A DNA stretch of 64,000 bases from Staphylococcus phage Machias: sequence record MW349128.1; one strand, written 5' to 3'. Below are positions 14,859 to 24,982 of the stretch, piece by piece (the stretch's first letter is position 1; every line of letters begins with the position of its first letter). The notes beneath the pieces were generated by a model. That model did not search any database. It was not told the DNA's origin and saw nothing but the letters and a program-made list of their open reading frames with translations. A program made the translations under genes and the position numbers.

Positions 14859-17849
14859 TTAAGAAACTGAATAAGTAACATTTACAACATCATCATAAGT
14901 TAATCCTAAATCTATAACTGTAGTTCCTGTTGAATTATCTTCATTTTCAATTTCTACTTTATTTTCTCTAAGATTCTTTTTAATATTTATATATTCTGGA
15001 ACATATTCGATAATTTCTTGTTTATTTAGATCATTATAACCTAAATTAGTGTTAAGAAGTTTTTGATAGTGATTATCAACTTTCTCTGCATATTTACCTG
15101 AAATTCCATTAAATACAATATATTTAATAATATCAAAATTTTGTTCTAATAATCTTATTAAATTAGATATAGGTATAATACCATTTTCATTACATGCTTC
15201 AATAAAATCTGATATATATCTTTTAATTTCTTTATCTAAGAAATCATTAATTGGAGCATATAATGTTATATTTAGATCTAGTAATATATCAGTTCTAGAG
15301 ATATATTTATTTTCTACATTATCATCATTTAATTTAGTATCTAAATAATAATTATTAGAAGGACCTTTTGTATTATACAGTTTCATATCTATACTAGTAT
15401 TATTTTGTAATCTAGGAATAGCATCTTCTAGTATACCTTTATAACCATCTAATACTTTATATACTTCTTCATAATTATTCATAAAGTAACCTAATGAAAA
15501 CATTGGTATTAATTCTACTCTACATTTAGAATCATCCATGGATATTGTACTATTCATTACATTTGACATATCTTTATAGATAGATACACCTTCAAAAGTT
15601 TCCATAGAACAAGCTAATGTATAATCATTAATTTCATTATCTTCATGATTAGGAAAAGCATCTTTAAAGAAATTCATTTCATCAGAATAATCTAATTCAT
15701 TAAAATATCTCATATCTTCATCTTTATACATAATTCCAATTTTGACTACAAATTTCTCATCTATAAATACATTATCTTGTACAATACCTTTTGAATCATA
15801 TAATGAATCTGTGATTGCTAGTTTTCCTTCATGGAAAGATCTATTTGTAGATATCATACCTGTATATAGTGAAGATTTATCAACACTACTATCACTGTCA
15901 TCAATAATATTATTTTCAGATTCAATATTTTCTTCTGGTTTTAATTCAAAGTAACCATACTTCTCTCCAGTTTCTTGAGATAATAGAACTGCTCTAACAC
16001 TTAATAAATCTTTCATTTCTTGTAATGATGTATCCATACCAATTTCTACACTAAATTTAAATGTATCTGACTCTAATGTATTTTTGAAATCATTTAATTT
16101 TTCTACATATAAATCAGTTGTAGTTATATTACTAGGTATTAAATCATTAATGTATTTATATTCAGTTGAGAATAAATCATTTACATGAAGTTTATAATAG
16201 TTGGAAGATAAGAAAGGATACTTATTAATCTTGATTAAGAAAGGATTTACATAATATAAAGAATCCTTATCTTTTTCAAATTTTTCTTTTTCATCTTTAT
16301 CATCTAAACCATCAGGTATATGGATATATTCTTTTTCTTCATGATCGTATTTAAATAGACTATTTTCTGGAATAACATAACCGTCTTCTTCATTTCCTAG
16401 AGATGTATTTCCAATAAAATAGTCTTTAGGGAAATCTAAATAAGGTGCAGTGTTTGTAGGCATAACCTTATTATCACTATCTCTTAATAATAAGAATGCA
16501 TTGTACATACGTGTATATAGATCATTACGTTTCTTAACGAAATTAATAAATGAATTATTAATATTATTACTATCATTAACTTCATTAAAATAATTTTTAA
16601 TATCAAAATCTGTAATAATATTATCTCTAGTTATAGCTTTATTAATAATACGTCTTTTCTCTGAGTTTACTGTAGGTTTATTTCTACCGTTAACAGAATT
16701 TCCTTTAGGTAATACTGTAACAGGTATTTTTTCAAATGTACTAACTCCAGATTCTAATGATACATTTAATGTATCATTATAATTAAAGTTACCTTGTTCA
16801 CCTCTAGTAGTTAAAGTTTCAATTATAACTCTACTATTTGCTTTAGGTCTAAATGAATTAGCAATATTAGAGAAAGATATTTCTAGTTTATTTTCCTCTT
16901 TAAAATTATAATAACAGAAAGGATTATCTGTATCTGGAGTAAATGTATTATTGAAATAAGTTTCCATAGGGATTCTTTCACCCATATATTCATAAAATAC
17001 ATTAAACCCGGCTAATTGACCTTCATAACTACTATCTAGATAAATATTTTCTGCAATATCATTACTTGTAATATTAAATTCTTTTTCAACTCTATCAATT
17101 TGATATAGATCTAGACTAAAGAATAAATAATCTATTCCATTAGAAATATTTTTAGTTACTTTAACATTATTGTCTAGTATAGATGAGAATTTAAATAAGT
17201 TGTTATCTATATTATAATTAGCTGATATTTTATAATCAATTAATTCTTTACCATCTTTAGTAACTGGATATTGTTTTAATATAATAGAAACATCATAAGG
17301 TAAGCTATATTTAAAGTTACCTATAGTGAAATCTTGTTTTTTAGATATAGTTGCTTCATATGTTTTTAAAGATTTTTCTTTATCAATAGTTTTAGTGGAT
17401 ATAATCTCTTTAGTTGGAAGTTTTAATATATCCTCTTTTCTAACTACTAAATCTACTTTAAAATTAGCAGGAGTAGCCATTTGAATAGGTACGTTATATA
17501 ATTTAGCAAAGTTATAAATTGACATCGGTATTGATGCTGTATTTAAGAATAATTCATCATACAAAACATTTCTGTGATAAATAGCATTTTTAACTTCATG
17601 AGAATTAATTTCATTAATATAACCAAATAAGCCTGCTTTAAGCAAACTAATAAGTTCTTCATTTTCATTATCATCAATAGGAGTATTTTCAGTATCAATT
17701 TCAAAGAATTTACTAGCCATATTAAACCATTTTTCTTTAACATCATATGAAGTACTTCCTATTTTAATAACACTATCCGTATCTATCTTAGCATTATTTA
17801 AAAAATCTAATTTCTCTTGTTCGTTAGAGAAATACTGTGTTATAGCCAT
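14859..17849 (-). CDS. Hypothetical large protein (996 aa), likely structural
   Basis: Long ORF in block of minus-strand genes. Confidence 0.55.
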   Translation of the reverse strand: MAITQYFSNEQEKLDFLNNAKIDTDSVIKIGSTSYDVKEKWFNMASKFFEIDTENTPIDDNENEELISLLKAGLFGYINEINSHEVKNAIYHRNVLYDELFLNTASIPMSIYNFAKLYNVPIQMATPANFKVDLVVRKEDILKLPTKEIISTKTIDKEKSLKTYEATISKKQDFTIGNFKYSLPYDVSIILKQYPVTKDGKELIDYKISANYNIDNNLFKFSSILDNNVKVTKNISNGIDYLFFSLDLYQIDRVEKEFNITSNDIAENIYLDSSYEGQLAGFNVFYEYMGERIPMETYFNNTFTPDTDNPFCYYNFKEENKLEISFSNIANSFRPKANSRVIIETLTTRGEQGNFNYNDTLNVSLESGVSTFEKIPVTVLPKGNSVNGRNKPTVNSEKRRIINKAITRDNIITDFDIKNYFNEVNDSNNINNSFINFVKKRNDLYTRMYNAFLLLRDSDNKVMPTNTAPYLDFPKDYFIGNTSLGNEEDGYVIPENSLFKYDHEEKEYIHIPDGLDDKDEKEKFEKDKDSLYYVNPFLIKINKYPFLSSNYYKLHVNDLFSTEYKYINDLIPSNITTTDLYVEKLNDFKNTLESDTFKFSVEIGMDTSLQEMKDLLSVRAVLLSQETGEKYGYFELKPEENIESENNIIDDSDSSVDKSSLYTGMISTNRSFHEGKLAITDSLYDSKGIVQDNVFIDEKFVVKIGIMYKDEDMRYFNELDYSDEMNFFKDAFPNHEDNEINDYTLACSMETFEGVSIYKDMSNVMNSTISMDDSKCRVELIPMFSLGYFMNNYEEVYKVLDGYKGILEDAIPRLQNNTSIDMKLYNTKGPSNNYYLDTKLNDDNVENKYISRTDILLDLNITLYAPINDFLDKEIKRYISDFIEACNENGIIPISNLIRLLEQNFDIIKYIVFNGISGKYAEKVDNHYQKLLNTNLGYNDLNKQEIIEYVPEYINIKKNLRENKVEIENEDNSTGTTVIDLGLTYDDVVNVTYSVS

Positions 17850-17872
17850 TTTATTAATTTCAACTCACTTTC

Positions 17873-18862
17873 TTATAAAAATCTTAATCTATATTTATTT
17901 TGTGATCCGTCTTCACTTCTTGATCCCATCGCAATATAAGGATTACCTGTATTAATAGGATACATTTCATCGTATTTAAGTTTAACACCCATTGTTACTG
18001 CATTTATATTAGCTCTTATAGGAGAAGCACCTGAAGCATTTGTAACTGAACTTCCCATTGTTGATACTGTATTAAAATCAACTAAAGTATCTGGATTCAT
18101 ATCTTCTTTATACGAATAAGCAAAGTTAACTGATACATGTGGAACGTCTACATCTTCACCAACATTTTGAGAAAAAATATCATATGGTACATTAATAGGG
18201 AAACATCCTGTGTATTTAGAATAATGTAAAACAGTTTCTCCATCAAAATCTAGTAAGAAATAATAAATAGAACTAGTATAATCTATATATCTTTTACTTT
18301 TCGCATCGTCTGAAGGATACATGTAACCTCTAGTAACACCTTCAATATATTCGCTCCAAGCTTTTATTAAATGTATAATATCTATATTTTTATTTTCTTC
18401 AAAGTCAACAGCAATTTCCCCACCAGCAATTGAATTAACTGTTCCTACCGGTAAGTGTTGTTTATATCCGTAGAATGTTTCATGGAATTCTTTCATTGTA
18501 GTTTGTGTATCAGGTATAGATATACCCATAAATCTATTTGAAAGGATTGGAATAAAAGGTTTACCTGAACTTATAGCATTTAAATTACTAAAATTTAAAG
18601 TTTCTAATAATTTTGGTTTAACACTTTTAAGATATGAAAAGAAACTATCTCTATTTATATTACCATCTACTAAATTTAAACGAGGAGCAGTAAAGAAAAT
18701 ATAAGGTAATCCTTTATTAAATATTTCTGAATTTTTATCCTTCATTCTATAAGGGTTAAAGGATTCTATTTCTTTTACATTACCTTCTTTTTTAAGTTCT
18801 TCCTTAAAAGAAGTTTCTAAGCTTTTATCATCTTCAGCCAATCTTTCTTCACCACCATTCAT
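17873..18862 (-). CDS. Hypothetical protein (329 aa), likely structural
   Basis: ORF only. Confidence 0.5.
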   Translation of the reverse strand: MNGGEERLAEDDKSLETSFKEELKKEGNVKEIESFNPYRMKDKNSEIFNKGLPYIFFTAPRLNLVDGNINRDSFFSYLKSVKPKLLETLNFSNLNAISSGKPFIPILSNRFMGISIPDTQTTMKEFHETFYGYKQHLPVGTVNSIAGGEIAVDFEENKNIDIIHLIKAWSEYIEGVTRGYMYPSDDAKSKRYIDYTSSIYYFLLDFDGETVLHYSKYTGCFPINVPYDIFSQNVGEDVDVPHVSVNFAYSYKEDMNPDTLVDFNTVSTMGSSVTNASGASPIRANINAVTMGVKLKYDEMYPINTGNPYIAMGSRSEDGSQNKYRLRFL

Positions 18863-18916
18863 TTTCTTAAAATTTTAATAAGTACATGTTAAAGCACATT
18901 TATTATTTTAATTTAA

Positions 18917-18942
18917 TTTTTAAATTTATATTATAATAATGG
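18917..18942 (+). promoter_or_regulatory. Phage promoter motif variant TTTTAAATTTATATTATAATAATGG
   Basis: Motif copy facing an ORF-poor 650-nt stretch. Confidence 0.4.
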
Positions 18943-19604
18943 AAGAGAGAATGTCATCTTTCTTCGCTCTTATAACTAGTCTATAAATATGCCTGACTCT
19001 TTAATTCACCCTTATAATTAAAGAGCAGAAGGTCTGGGACCTCCCAGTTATCGAATAGGAAATAAATGCTAATTGTAGACAAAATGAGTTAAATAAAAAA
19101 GATTATTAATTAAAATCAAAAAGTCGTACTGTTATATTTGGGTGTATTGATCTTATTATAAGATTAATATAGTCTACACATATTTATAAGATAGCGTAAG
19201 AGATATGCTGCTCGTATAGGGGAATAAAAATAAATGACATTAGAAGAAATAATAAAGAAGGAAGAAAATTATAAAAAAGAAAATATATATCAAGATAATG
19301 GCAAAAGAAATAAAGAAAAGTGTATGAATTTAAATGATTTCATTTTAAATGAAGTGTTGTATACACCAAAAATATAGAAACTCAGTAATTAATAAAAATA
19401 GAAATAAATTTAATGAACGGAACTGTATCGGAAAACAGGAAAGTAGTCATATACGTATTTTATCGCTTCTAGTATATGGCAGGCGAAAGCCTAAAGCGAT
19501 AACCTTCTTAAATATAACAGTACTTAAAAAACAACTCATTTCATATTATGATAATCATTGTCGATCTCTTTAATTAGAGATCGATGATGGTTATTTTTTT
19601 TTTA
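18943..19604 (+). ncRNA. Candidate non-coding transcript (~650 nt) bounded by promoter motif and strong terminator. Contains only short ORFs (47 and 74 aa)
   Basis: Local GC-richer segments with stems (CUGGG-ACCU-CCCAG; AUCGCUU...AGGC-GAAA-GCCU...AAGCGAU). No long ORF. Confidence 0.3.
19554..19604 (+). terminator. Strong rho-independent terminator (AUCAUUGUCGAUCUCU-UUAAUU-AGAGAUCGAUGAUGG + T11)
   Basis: ~15-bp stem followed by T-run. Confidence 0.65.
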
Positions 19605-19671
19605 CTTTTTTTACTAAAAATCATCATCAAACATAATTTTATAAAAATCTTAATAAAAATAAGGAAAGGCA

Positions 19672-21219
19672 GTGAAAGTTTTGGTTAAAAAATTAAATAT
19701 ACTTTCAGATGTTATTGATTTACTTAAGGATTCCACTACAGGTAATGTAAAAAATAACTATAAAAATAACAGTAGACGTAAAAGACCATTCGATAGAACA
19801 CTAAGAGGAAAAGCTGGAGATTTTATTTTACAATTTCCATTAGTGACTTCTGATGCTTTAGATAATGATACTGTAGAATTAATGAGAAATCAATTAGAAT
19901 TAGAAAGAGCATATGAATTTGAATATATTTTAACAAATACTCCAATTCAAGAATATAATCCAAAAGATCCAAATTCATTTATGGGAGACTTACATCAAAA
20001 TATTAATTTTAATGAAAGTACTAAGCAAGATATTAAACGTGTTAATGATTATTTAACTGAGTCACCAGACGAAAAATTTAATAAAACTTCAATTAATGAT
20101 ATGTCAATTACTAAAGAAGAAATGGATTTATTAAATGAAGAAACAATTGATTTTGAGGATTCAAGAAAGATTAAAGGTTATATTGAATTTGACGTTAAAG
20201 AATTCTTAAAGGCTAATAATCCTGATACTAAGGATACTTATACTGCAACAGTATATATAATTAAACCGAATTCTAACGGTGAACAACTGGAATTTTTATT
20301 TAATAATTTGAAAGAGGTTAAATATAGAGGTGGAGAAGATAATTCAAGATCGTTATATGATATCTTGAAAACATCAAGTAATGAAGGAACTTTATCTGAT
20401 AATGGTATGAAATTCTTATATGGTTCTATGGAAATTGCTGAAGCATTTAGTTCATATATTAAAAATATTATAGGAGTAAAACCTGATATACAAACGAATC
20501 AATATGATAATTATGGAACTACTACTACAATTCAAAAAGATAAATTAAATTCATCTATACCAACTATGGTTAATACGAATGTTACTTTCTTAATTACAGA
20601 TTCTAAAGGTGAACCAGTTTCAGGAATTAATCATCCTAGTAAACCAGTTAAATTTGGTGTAAAAACTGTAGTACATCCTGTTAAAACAGAAGATGTAGTA
20701 TTCTATTTATCTGATAAATCTAGAAAATCTAATCTTGTAACTAAATTAGTTAAATTTACTACAGGTGAATTAAGATTATTTAGAGATTTATTATTAGATA
20801 CAGAAAGAACTAAGAAAATTGCTAGAGATTCTAAAAAAGGACGTACAGGTGCTATTTGGAATAAATTAAATTCTATTTATACTGTAGATAGAGCTGGTAG
20901 TATTACTAGATCTAAATCCGGAAATTATATTCCTACAACAGCTTTAATGATTAGCATTGATGAAACTCAAGAAGTTAAACGTAAAACTGGCGTTGATTTA
21001 TTAAATGATAGACGTGCTGTAGATAAAGTTTATAAAGAATTCTTCTTATTAGAATTTATTGTAATTGATGAAGCTAGAGAATTGGTTTACAAATATCTTC
21101 CAGAACATCGCAAATTTGAAATTATAAAACAAAATAAATTAGGTGCTTTGAAAGTAAGCAGTGATAGTAAAAAAGGTGACATTGATTCTAAAGATTTAGC
21201 TAAATTATTAAAACGATAA
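19672..21219 (+). CDS. Hypothetical protein (515 aa), GTG start
   Basis: ORF with RBS AAGGAAAGG. Confidence 0.5.
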   Translation: MKVLVKKLNILSDVIDLLKDSTTGNVKNNYKNNSRRKRPFDRTLRGKAGDFILQFPLVTSDALDNDTVELMRNQLELERAYEFEYILTNTPIQEYNPKDPNSFMGDLHQNINFNESTKQDIKRVNDYLTESPDEKFNKTSINDMSITKEEMDLLNEETIDFEDSRKIKGYIEFDVKEFLKANNPDTKDTYTATVYIIKPNSNGEQLEFLFNNLKEVKYRGGEDNSRSLYDILKTSSNEGTLSDNGMKFLYGSMEIAEAFSSYIKNIIGVKPDIQTNQYDNYGTTTTIQKDKLNSSIPTMVNTNVTFLITDSKGEPVSGINHPSKPVKFGVKTVVHPVKTEDVVFYLSDKSRKSNLVTKLVKFTTGELRLFRDLLLDTERTKKIARDSKKGRTGAIWNKLNSIYTVDRAGSITRSKSGNYIPTTALMISIDETQEVKRKTGVDLLNDRRAVDKVYKEFFLLEFIVIDEARELVYKYLPEHRKFEIIKQNKLGALKVSSDSKKGDIDSKDLAKLLKR

Positions 21220-21360
21220 TTTAGAAACTTTTAGTTATAATGTATATATAAAATCTTAAGATGAAGAAAATTAAGGTTTATTTAATTTAAACATTTATTT
21301 ATAAAATATAAAATTAGAAAAATTATATTAGCGTGTAGTGATTCTATATTTTTATTTTAT

Positions 21361-22449
21361 TTGTATATTAACTCTAGAAAGGAAGTGGAATTCTCTGTGG
21401 AACTTGAACGTAAACATCTTTTAAATGAAGATGCAATGTCTCAAAAAGTTTTACAGGAATTCTCTTTACCCTTCAGACCTTTTAAACGTTTATCACCTGA
21501 AGAGCAAGTGGAAGCTCTTGGTTTAAGCGTAGCTAAAATGTCTGATAAACTGTTGAAAAAATCTGGAAATAAAAACTTAAAATCAATTCTTTCTAGTAAG
21601 GGTGATTTTAAGAAAATCAAAGCGTATAAAGATTTTGAGAAAACTTTTAATTACATAAAAGCTCAAAAATCTAAAGGCTTTGACAAAACACTTATTTTCG
21701 CTTTTGACACTATTGAGAATTCTGTAAAATTGCTTGAAAAAGAAAAACAAAATTTTAAAAAATGTTTTACAAATGATAATGAAGTAGGTCAATTGACTTA
21801 TACAACTATAGCTGCTTCTGTTATGTCAGCTACAGTACAACTTTTCTTCTTAGGATTTGAAAAAGATCTTAATGGAAATTTAAAATTCACTGATAAAAAA
21901 TTAAGTAAAAAAGATTCAATAGAGCTTAAAACTTTAGATAATCTTTTAAAAACATATAAAGCTGGAAAACTAAAAGAAATTTTTAAAATTGATGGCTCAT
22001 TTGTTTCTACAAATGAAGAATTTGATTTTAAAAAACTTGCAGACGATGCTAGTGAAGCATATAAAGATGGTGCTTTAGGAACTATCATGAATAAATTAAA
22101 ATCATTAAATAAAGGAACTAAAGTGGCTGCAGGTGGAATACTTGTTATTGCCTTAGCTCCAATGGTATTATTAATGATTAAACAAGCTTATATTTATTTT
22201 ATTAAAAAACGTTCAGATTTTGCTGAATATTTACGTGATGCTGTTAGTATTATTGAAGGTGAAAAAGATAATGATATTAGTGATTCAGCACGTAAGAAAC
22301 AGGAAAAAATGGCTGAAAGATTAAATAAATTAGCTGATAAAATAGATATTGAAGATGGTGTAGCTGAAGTTCAGTCTAGATCAGAATCAGAATCTATTGA
22401 CGTTGAAATTGGAAAAGAATTAGAAAATGATTTTAATATTAGATTCTAA
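21361..22449 (+). CDS. Hypothetical membrane-associated protein (362 aa; start possibly GTG at 21385)
   Basis: Internal hydrophobic segment VAAGGILVIALAPMVLLMI. RBS AGAAAGGAAG before GTG 21385. Confidence 0.45.
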   Translation: MYINSRKEVEFSVELERKHLLNEDAMSQKVLQEFSLPFRPFKRLSPEEQVEALGLSVAKMSDKLLKKSGNKNLKSILSSKGDFKKIKAYKDFEKTFNYIKAQKSKGFDKTLIFAFDTIENSVKLLEKEKQNFKKCFTNDNEVGQLTYTTIAASVMSATVQLFFLGFEKDLNGNLKFTDKKLSKKDSIELKTLDNLLKTYKAGKLKEIFKIDGSFVSTNEEFDFKKLADDASEAYKDGALGTIMNKLKSLNKGTKVAAGGILVIALAPMVLLMIKQAYIYFIKKRSDFAEYLRDAVSIIEGEKDNDISDSARKKQEKMAERLNKLADKIDIEDGVAEVQSRSESESIDVEIGKELENDFNIRF

Positions 22450-22488
22450 ATATTAAAATAAATTAAAAATAAATGGAGGAAAAATATA

Positions 22489-23280
22489 ATGTTGCAAAAT
22501 CAATCATTTGAAATGTCTTTCTTACAAGAAGAACTTTCTGCATCTCAAACAGAACTTTTTGTTTTAGAAAGTGTTAATGCTTTAAACGAAGCTGATGAAG
22601 AAGAAAAAGGAGCTTCAAAAGCAGGAGAACTTGCTAAGAAAGCTAAAGATTTCTTTATTAAAATTGCTAAAGCTGTTGCAGAAGCATTTAAAAAATTCAC
22701 TACTTTCTTTGTAGAAATGTATAAAAAATTAGAATCTCGTGTAGTTAACGTTCAAAAATATATTAGTGGAGTTAAATCTAGTGCTAAATTAAGTGAAGCT
22801 AGAGAATATTCTTTATTAGCTCCAAGTGCTTTGAAAAACTTACAAGAATTAGCTAAAGCTGATAGTCCTAATTTTGATCGTGGATTTGAACGTGCTAAGT
22901 CTGGTCTTAATGATGAGAAAAATATTGTAAAAGGTTCAATTAAAACAATCTCTGAAGCTGATAAGGCTGCTAAATCTGCTGCCGGTTCAGTTAAACAAGT
23001 TAAGGCTGCAGCTAGCGTAGTTTCTCAAACTAATAAATCTGCTCAACAAGCTGCTAAAGATGGTGTATCTGCTTCTGCTAAAGGAGATAAAGAAGCTATT
23101 AATGAGAAAAAACGTGTAGCATCTAATGCTAGTAAAGCTAACTCATTATCTCGTACAGCTGTATCTAAATCAATTAAACTTTCTAACCAAACTTTAGCTA
23201 CTGCATTTTCTGCTGCTAAAGCTATCAATGCTGCTGGGAAAAAAAGTGATAAAAAAGCACCTAAACCAGCAAATGCATAA
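22489..23280 (+). CDS. Ala/Lys-rich coiled-coil protein, paralog family member 1
   Basis: AKDFFIKIAKAVAEAFKKFTTFFV is shared with ORF 24114 (LKEFFVKIVRAIQEAMKKFSTFFV) and ORF 23486. Confidence 0.5.
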   Translation: MLQNQSFEMSFLQEELSASQTELFVLESVNALNEADEEEKGASKAGELAKKAKDFFIKIAKAVAEAFKKFTTFFVEMYKKLESRVVNVQKYISGVKSSAKLSEAREYSLLAPSALKNLQELAKADSPNFDRGFERAKSGLNDEKNIVKGSIKTISEADKAAKSAAGSVKQVKAAASVVSQTNKSAQQAAKDGVSASAKGDKEAINEKKRVASNASKANSLSRTAVSKSIKLSNQTLATAFSAAKAINAAGKKSDKKAPKPANA

Positions 23281-23293
23281 TAAATAATTTTTA

Positions 23294-23335
23294 TTGACCT
23301 AATACCTTTAAATTGGGTATTAGGTCAATATATTT
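23294..23335 (+). terminator. Terminator hairpin UUGACCUAAUACC-loop-GGUAUUAGGUCAA (family variant)
   Basis: 13-bp stem then T-rich run. Confidence 0.5.
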
Positions 23336-23485
23336 TTATAAGAAAGGGGTATTAAAATTTTATTATCTAATAAAAATTATAAGGAAGATATTCTTAAAGA
23401 AGAAATTAATATAGTTAATGAATCAATATTATTTAATGAAAATATAAATTCTTTAAACGAATCCCCTGTTGGTAATTTCTTTGAA

Positions 23486-24094
23486 ATGGTTAAAGAATTC
23501 TTTCTAAATATACTATCACTTATTAAGAATGCACTAGTTAAATTTATGAAATTCTTTAATACGCATTTTAATAGAACTACACTAAAAACAAAAAGTATAC
23601 TTAAGAAAATAGAAAAGAATAAAGAAAATATAAATGTTGCAATGAGTAATTTATCTGGTTCAGCATCTATATTTTATATATGGAAAGCTAAAGATCTTAA
23701 GAAATACGAAGATGTATTAAAACATGCAGGTAAGACTAGTTTTGATTTAAAATACAAAGAATTTGAAATGGATCTAAATGAGAATAATCATTATTTAGAA
23801 ATACCTTTAACAATGTCATTAGATTTAAAATATGTAGTTGAAAAATCATTTGAACAGTTTAATGCTTCAAAGAATTTCGCTAAATCTTTTAAAATATCTT
23901 CAGACACTATGAAAGGTGCTTCCGAAACTTCAATTAAATTTGCTACTAAAGAAATTGAAGCTGAGAAGATAAAAGAAAATCAAAGACTTGTTAATGACTT
24001 GAACAAATTAAATATACTATATAGAAAAGTCATTAATAATTCATTAAAAAGTCATAATGAATTATTAAATAAAGTTGAAGAATATATAAAATAA
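23486..24094 (+). CDS. Paralog family member 2 (202 aa as called); in-frame upstream extension to 23342 resembles paralog N-termini
   Basis: VKEFFLNILSLIKNALVKFMKFF motif. Upstream in-frame NESILFNENINSLNE resembles ENISIEESFLNEELE of ORF 24114, but there is no canonical start codon upstream. Confidence 0.45.
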   Translation: MVKEFFLNILSLIKNALVKFMKFFNTHFNRTTLKTKSILKKIEKNKENINVAMSNLSGSASIFYIWKAKDLKKYEDVLKHAGKTSFDLKYKEFEMDLNENNHYLEIPLTMSLDLKYVVEKSFEQFNASKNFAKSFKISSDTMKGASETSIKFATKEIEAEKIKENQRLVNDLNKLNILYRKVINNSLKSHNELLNKVEEYIK

Positions 24095-24113
24095 AAAAGG
24101 GTGGAAATATAAA

Positions 24114-24935
24114 ATGATTGAAAATATCAGTATTGAAGAAAGTTTTTTAAATGAAGAATTAGAAATCGTTACAGAAGCAATTTCTATGAATGAAGCAGTT
24201 CAAGAAGTTGTTAAAGATAAGAAAGATTCTAATATTAAGAAAACAGTTAAAAAATTAAAAGAATTCTTTGTTAAGATTGTTAGAGCAATCCAAGAAGCTA
24301 TGAAAAAATTCTCTACTTTCTTTGTAGCAAATTTTGGTAAAGTGACTAAATTACATGATTTAGCTGCAACAGTTCTAGCTAAACTTAAAAAAGATAAAAA
24401 ATTAATTGCAGATTTTGTCGCATCTAGAGCAGAAATGAAGATACCTGTTGGTAAATTAGCTAAATCAGAAAATTATAAAAAATTAGCTGATTTAAGAAAT
24501 AAGATCTATTCAGATGATTTTGACAAAGAATACGGTGAATTAAGAAGTAACAGTGCGAGTGAAGCAGATGATCGCATCGCTTTAGGTAATTTAGCAAATG
24601 TTGAAACATTATTGAAACAAAGTGAACAACTTGTAAAATTCTCTAAAGAATCTGCTAGATCATGTAAACAATTAAAAGATGATATCCAAAAAGATAGTAA
24701 AACTGCTATTAGTGAAATCAAAGAATTAGAAAAAGGAAAAACTGACAGAAAAGAAAAAATAAACGAACAAAAAACTTACGTTACTAGAGCAAATAAACTA
24801 TTCAGTATGAATCGTCAAGCTTCAACACAATTCTTAAAACAAGACTACATTCTAAGTAACATTATTGTTAACTTTGGCGTAAGTGTAAAATTAGTAGAAA
24901 CTGAAAATGCTCAAAGAAATAAAGCGTTTCAATAA
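24114..24935 (+). CDS. Paralog family member 3 (273 aa)
   Basis: Shared N-terminal motif with 22489 and 23486. Confidence 0.5.
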   Translation: MIENISIEESFLNEELEIVTEAISMNEAVQEVVKDKKDSNIKKTVKKLKEFFVKIVRAIQEAMKKFSTFFVANFGKVTKLHDLAATVLAKLKKDKKLIADFVASRAEMKIPVGKLAKSENYKKLADLRNKIYSDDFDKEYGELRSNSASEADDRIALGNLANVETLLKQSEQLVKFSKESARSCKQLKDDIQKDSKTAISEIKELEKGKTDRKEKINEQKTYVTRANKLFSMNRQASTQFLKQDYILSNIIVNFGVSVKLVETENAQRNKAFQ

Positions 24936-24941
24936 TTTAAA

Positions 24942-24982
24942 TCCCAATACCTTTAATTAAAATTAGGTATTGGGATTATTTT
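24942..24982. terminator. Bidirectional terminator UCCCAAUACCU-loop-AGGUAUUGGGA
   Basis: 11-bp stem + T-run, between convergent genes. Confidence 0.6.
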
